The notes under the pieces: model-generated | Told to the model about the DNA's origin: nothing | The model's input: the letters and a program-made list of their open reading frames with translations, nothing else | Database searches by the model: none | Assembly: GCA_963749085.1 (NCBI GenBank) | Contig: CAVVLG010000004.1 | Span: forward strand, 1-52,669 | Reading direction: 5' to 3' | DNA: 52,669 nucleotides | Origin: Candidatus Adlerbacteria bacterium | GTDB taxonomy: Bacteria; Patescibacteriota; Minisyncoccia; Phycocordibacterales; SBAW01 | Part shown: positions 51,142-52,669 of the stretch, in pieces | How positions within the stretch are numbered: the stretch's first letter is position 1 | Layout: every line of letters starts with the position of its first letter | Made by a program: the position numbers and the translations under genes

Positions 51142-52560
51142 ATGGCGAACGAGTATGACCTCATAGTGATCGGTAGCGGTCCGGCCGGCCAGCGGGCCGG
51201 GATCGCGGCGGTCAGCTTCGGCCGGCGGACCGCGATCGTCGAGCGCAACATGGACGTGGGGGGCGGTTGCCTTCACCAGGTACGATTCCGAGCAAGACCC
51301 TCCGGGAGGCGGTCGCCTACCTGTCCGGGGTCCAGCAACGCCAGATATATGGGCACGCGTTCCGGGTAAAGGAGCGCATCGGGATGCAGGACCTCACCGT
51401 GCGGACGCAGCACGTGATCGCCGCAGAGACCAATATCGTTCGCGATCAGCTCATCCGGAACGGCGTCGATTTTCGCCGGCACCGGTCGTTTGCGGATCCT
51501 CATCACGTCGTCGTCTCGACCGAGAATGGATCACGCACGGTGACGGCTGACAAAGCCGTCATCGCGGTGGGCAGCCGGCCGTTGCGTCCCGAGCGTTCGA
51601 GTTCGACGACCGCACGGTCATTGACAGCGACAGCCTGTTCACCCTGTCCGAGATTCCCCGCACGATGGCGGTCGGTGGACGCCGGGATCTCCGGGACGGA
51701 GTACGCGACGATCTTCCAGACCGCGGGGGTCCAGGTGACGCTGATCGACGCCCGCGAGCGTCCGATGGAGGCCCTGGACGACGAGATCGAGGACGCGCTC
51801 TACTACCATATGCGCGACACGGGCATCGCGCTGCGGTTCGGCGAGACCGTCTCCACCGTGCGCCGGACCCCAGAGGGCCGCGTGCACGTCGGGTTGGCGA
51901 GCGGGAAGGCGCTGCTCACGGACGCGCTGATGGTGGCCGCGGGCCGCACTGGGGCGTCGGGCGGACCTCAAGCTGGATGCGGTGGGCATCGAGATGGACC
52001 AGAAAGGCCGCATCAAGGTGGATGACACGTACCGCACGAGCGTCCCGAACATTTATGCCGTCGGCGACATTATCGGGGGTTCGGCCTGGCGTCGACGTCC
52101 ATGGAGCAGGGCGCCTCGCCGCGCTGCAGCGTGCGGCGTCGAGGCGCTCCCGATGTCCACGCGGTTGGCGTATGGCATTTACACGATCCCGGAAGTGGCG
52201 ATGGTGGGCCCGACGGAGCAGCAGCTGACGCGCCTCGCGGTGCCGTACGAGGTCGGCGTGGTGCCATTTCGCGAGCTGTCGCGCGTGCAGATCAGCGGCG
52301 GCCGGGACGGCCTCCTGAAAGTGCTGTTCCACCGTGAGACGCTGAAGCTGCTGGCGGTGCACATCCTCGGGCAAGGCCGTGCCACCGAATTGATCCACAT
52401 CGGGCAGGCCGTCATCGACCACGGCGGCACGGTCAACTATTTGCGGGACGTGGTGTTCAACTACCCCACGCTCGCCGAGGGGTACAAGGCCGCGGCCCTG
52501 AACGGACTCGACGAGCTCGTGCCGAGCACCCCTGCGGATATAGCCGTGGGCGAGAGCTGA
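51142..52560 (+). pseudogene. sthA: Soluble pyridine nucleotide transhydrogenase (SthA-type flavoprotein disulfide reductase) with about six frameshifts
   Basis: GGGAGG RBS, then MANEYDLIVIGSGPAG...VGGGCLH. GTIPSKTLREAV is in the next frame. Further shifts lie near 51595, 51680, 51955, 52075 and 52110-52150. The C-terminal GIYTIPEVAMVG...FNYPTLAEGYKAAALNGL is intact. Confidence 0.75.
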
Positions 52561-52669
52561 CCGTCCCTTCAGGACTTCGAGCGGCCGTCCCGGCGGCAAC
52601 CGCCAGCGGCGCGGCGCGTTGACGTCGACGTATTCCGTGGGGGAAAGCGCAACTTCCCGCTACCCCGTG

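Noticed and set aside
49147-52599. Numerous overlapping 60-270-aa ORFs on both strands in the GC-rich right end
   Set aside because: High GC suppresses stop codons in all frames. Only the DUF4338, tnpB, orf1 and sthA reading frames show family-typical motifs.
1-52669. CRISPR arrays, rRNA genes, reverse transcriptase/retron or DGR components
   Set aside because: Reading through the window, I saw no regularly spaced direct repeats, no rRNA-like segments, and no RT motifs (YxDD) in any sizeable ORF.

Overview
This 52.7-kb window is a mosaic. Positions ~70-49,170 have moderate or low GC and are almost entirely accessory DNA. They hold three adjacent mobile, defence-laden elements packed around a tRNA-Met / tRNA-Asp hotspot.

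(1) ~1.3-19.1 kb:
- a large serine recombinase;
- a tightly packed six-gene type I R-M operon: HTH-fused hsdM, hsdS, a frameshifted Shedu-like DUF4263 nuclease between hsdS and hsdR, hsdR, a YgjP-like metallopeptidase and a Cas4-like PD-(D/E)xK nuclease;
- three uncharacterised genes, one with a HEPN-like R-x5-H motif;
- an exported-protein gene behind a structured leader;
- a ParB-methylase / terS / terL packaging module with no capsid, portal or tail genes.

(2) 20,059-38,737 is an 18.7-kb island in tRNA-Met, bounded by a perfect 22-nt direct repeat. It carries:
- a tyrosine integrase, an excisionase-like HTH protein and a primase-helicase;
- a second exported-protein gene with the same leader;
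- an M16 peptidase;
- a two-methylase + AlwI/Nt.BstNBI-family type IIS-like R-M system;
- RmuC;
- a LexA / Y-family polymerase / SRAP cassette with a GAAC-N4-GTTC box.

(3) 38.8-49.0 kb is a decayed relative of elements 1 and 2, abutting tRNA-Asp. It has a serine recombinase with three frameshifts, a frameshifted primase-helicase paralogue, a third leader with a large surface-protein gene, and a terL 3' remnant.

At ~49.17 kb the composition jumps to roughly 65-72% GC in hand-counted samples. This part holds a truncated DUF4338 gene, IS66-type orf1/tnpB, and an sthA gene with about six frameshifts. The first ~70 nt of the window are also GC-rich.

The most interesting unexplained signal is a ~150-nt structured RNA leader present three times. 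It has covarying stems, a GAAA tetraloop and a receptor-like CCUAAA/(C/U)AUGG motif, and each copy sits in front of an exported-protein gene.

At least 14 single-nt frameshifts interrupt otherwise well-conserved genes, so pseudogene calls may partly reflect sequence errors. No CRISPR array, rRNA or reverse transcriptase was seen. All protein-family calls rest on motif recognition by eye, not on searches.
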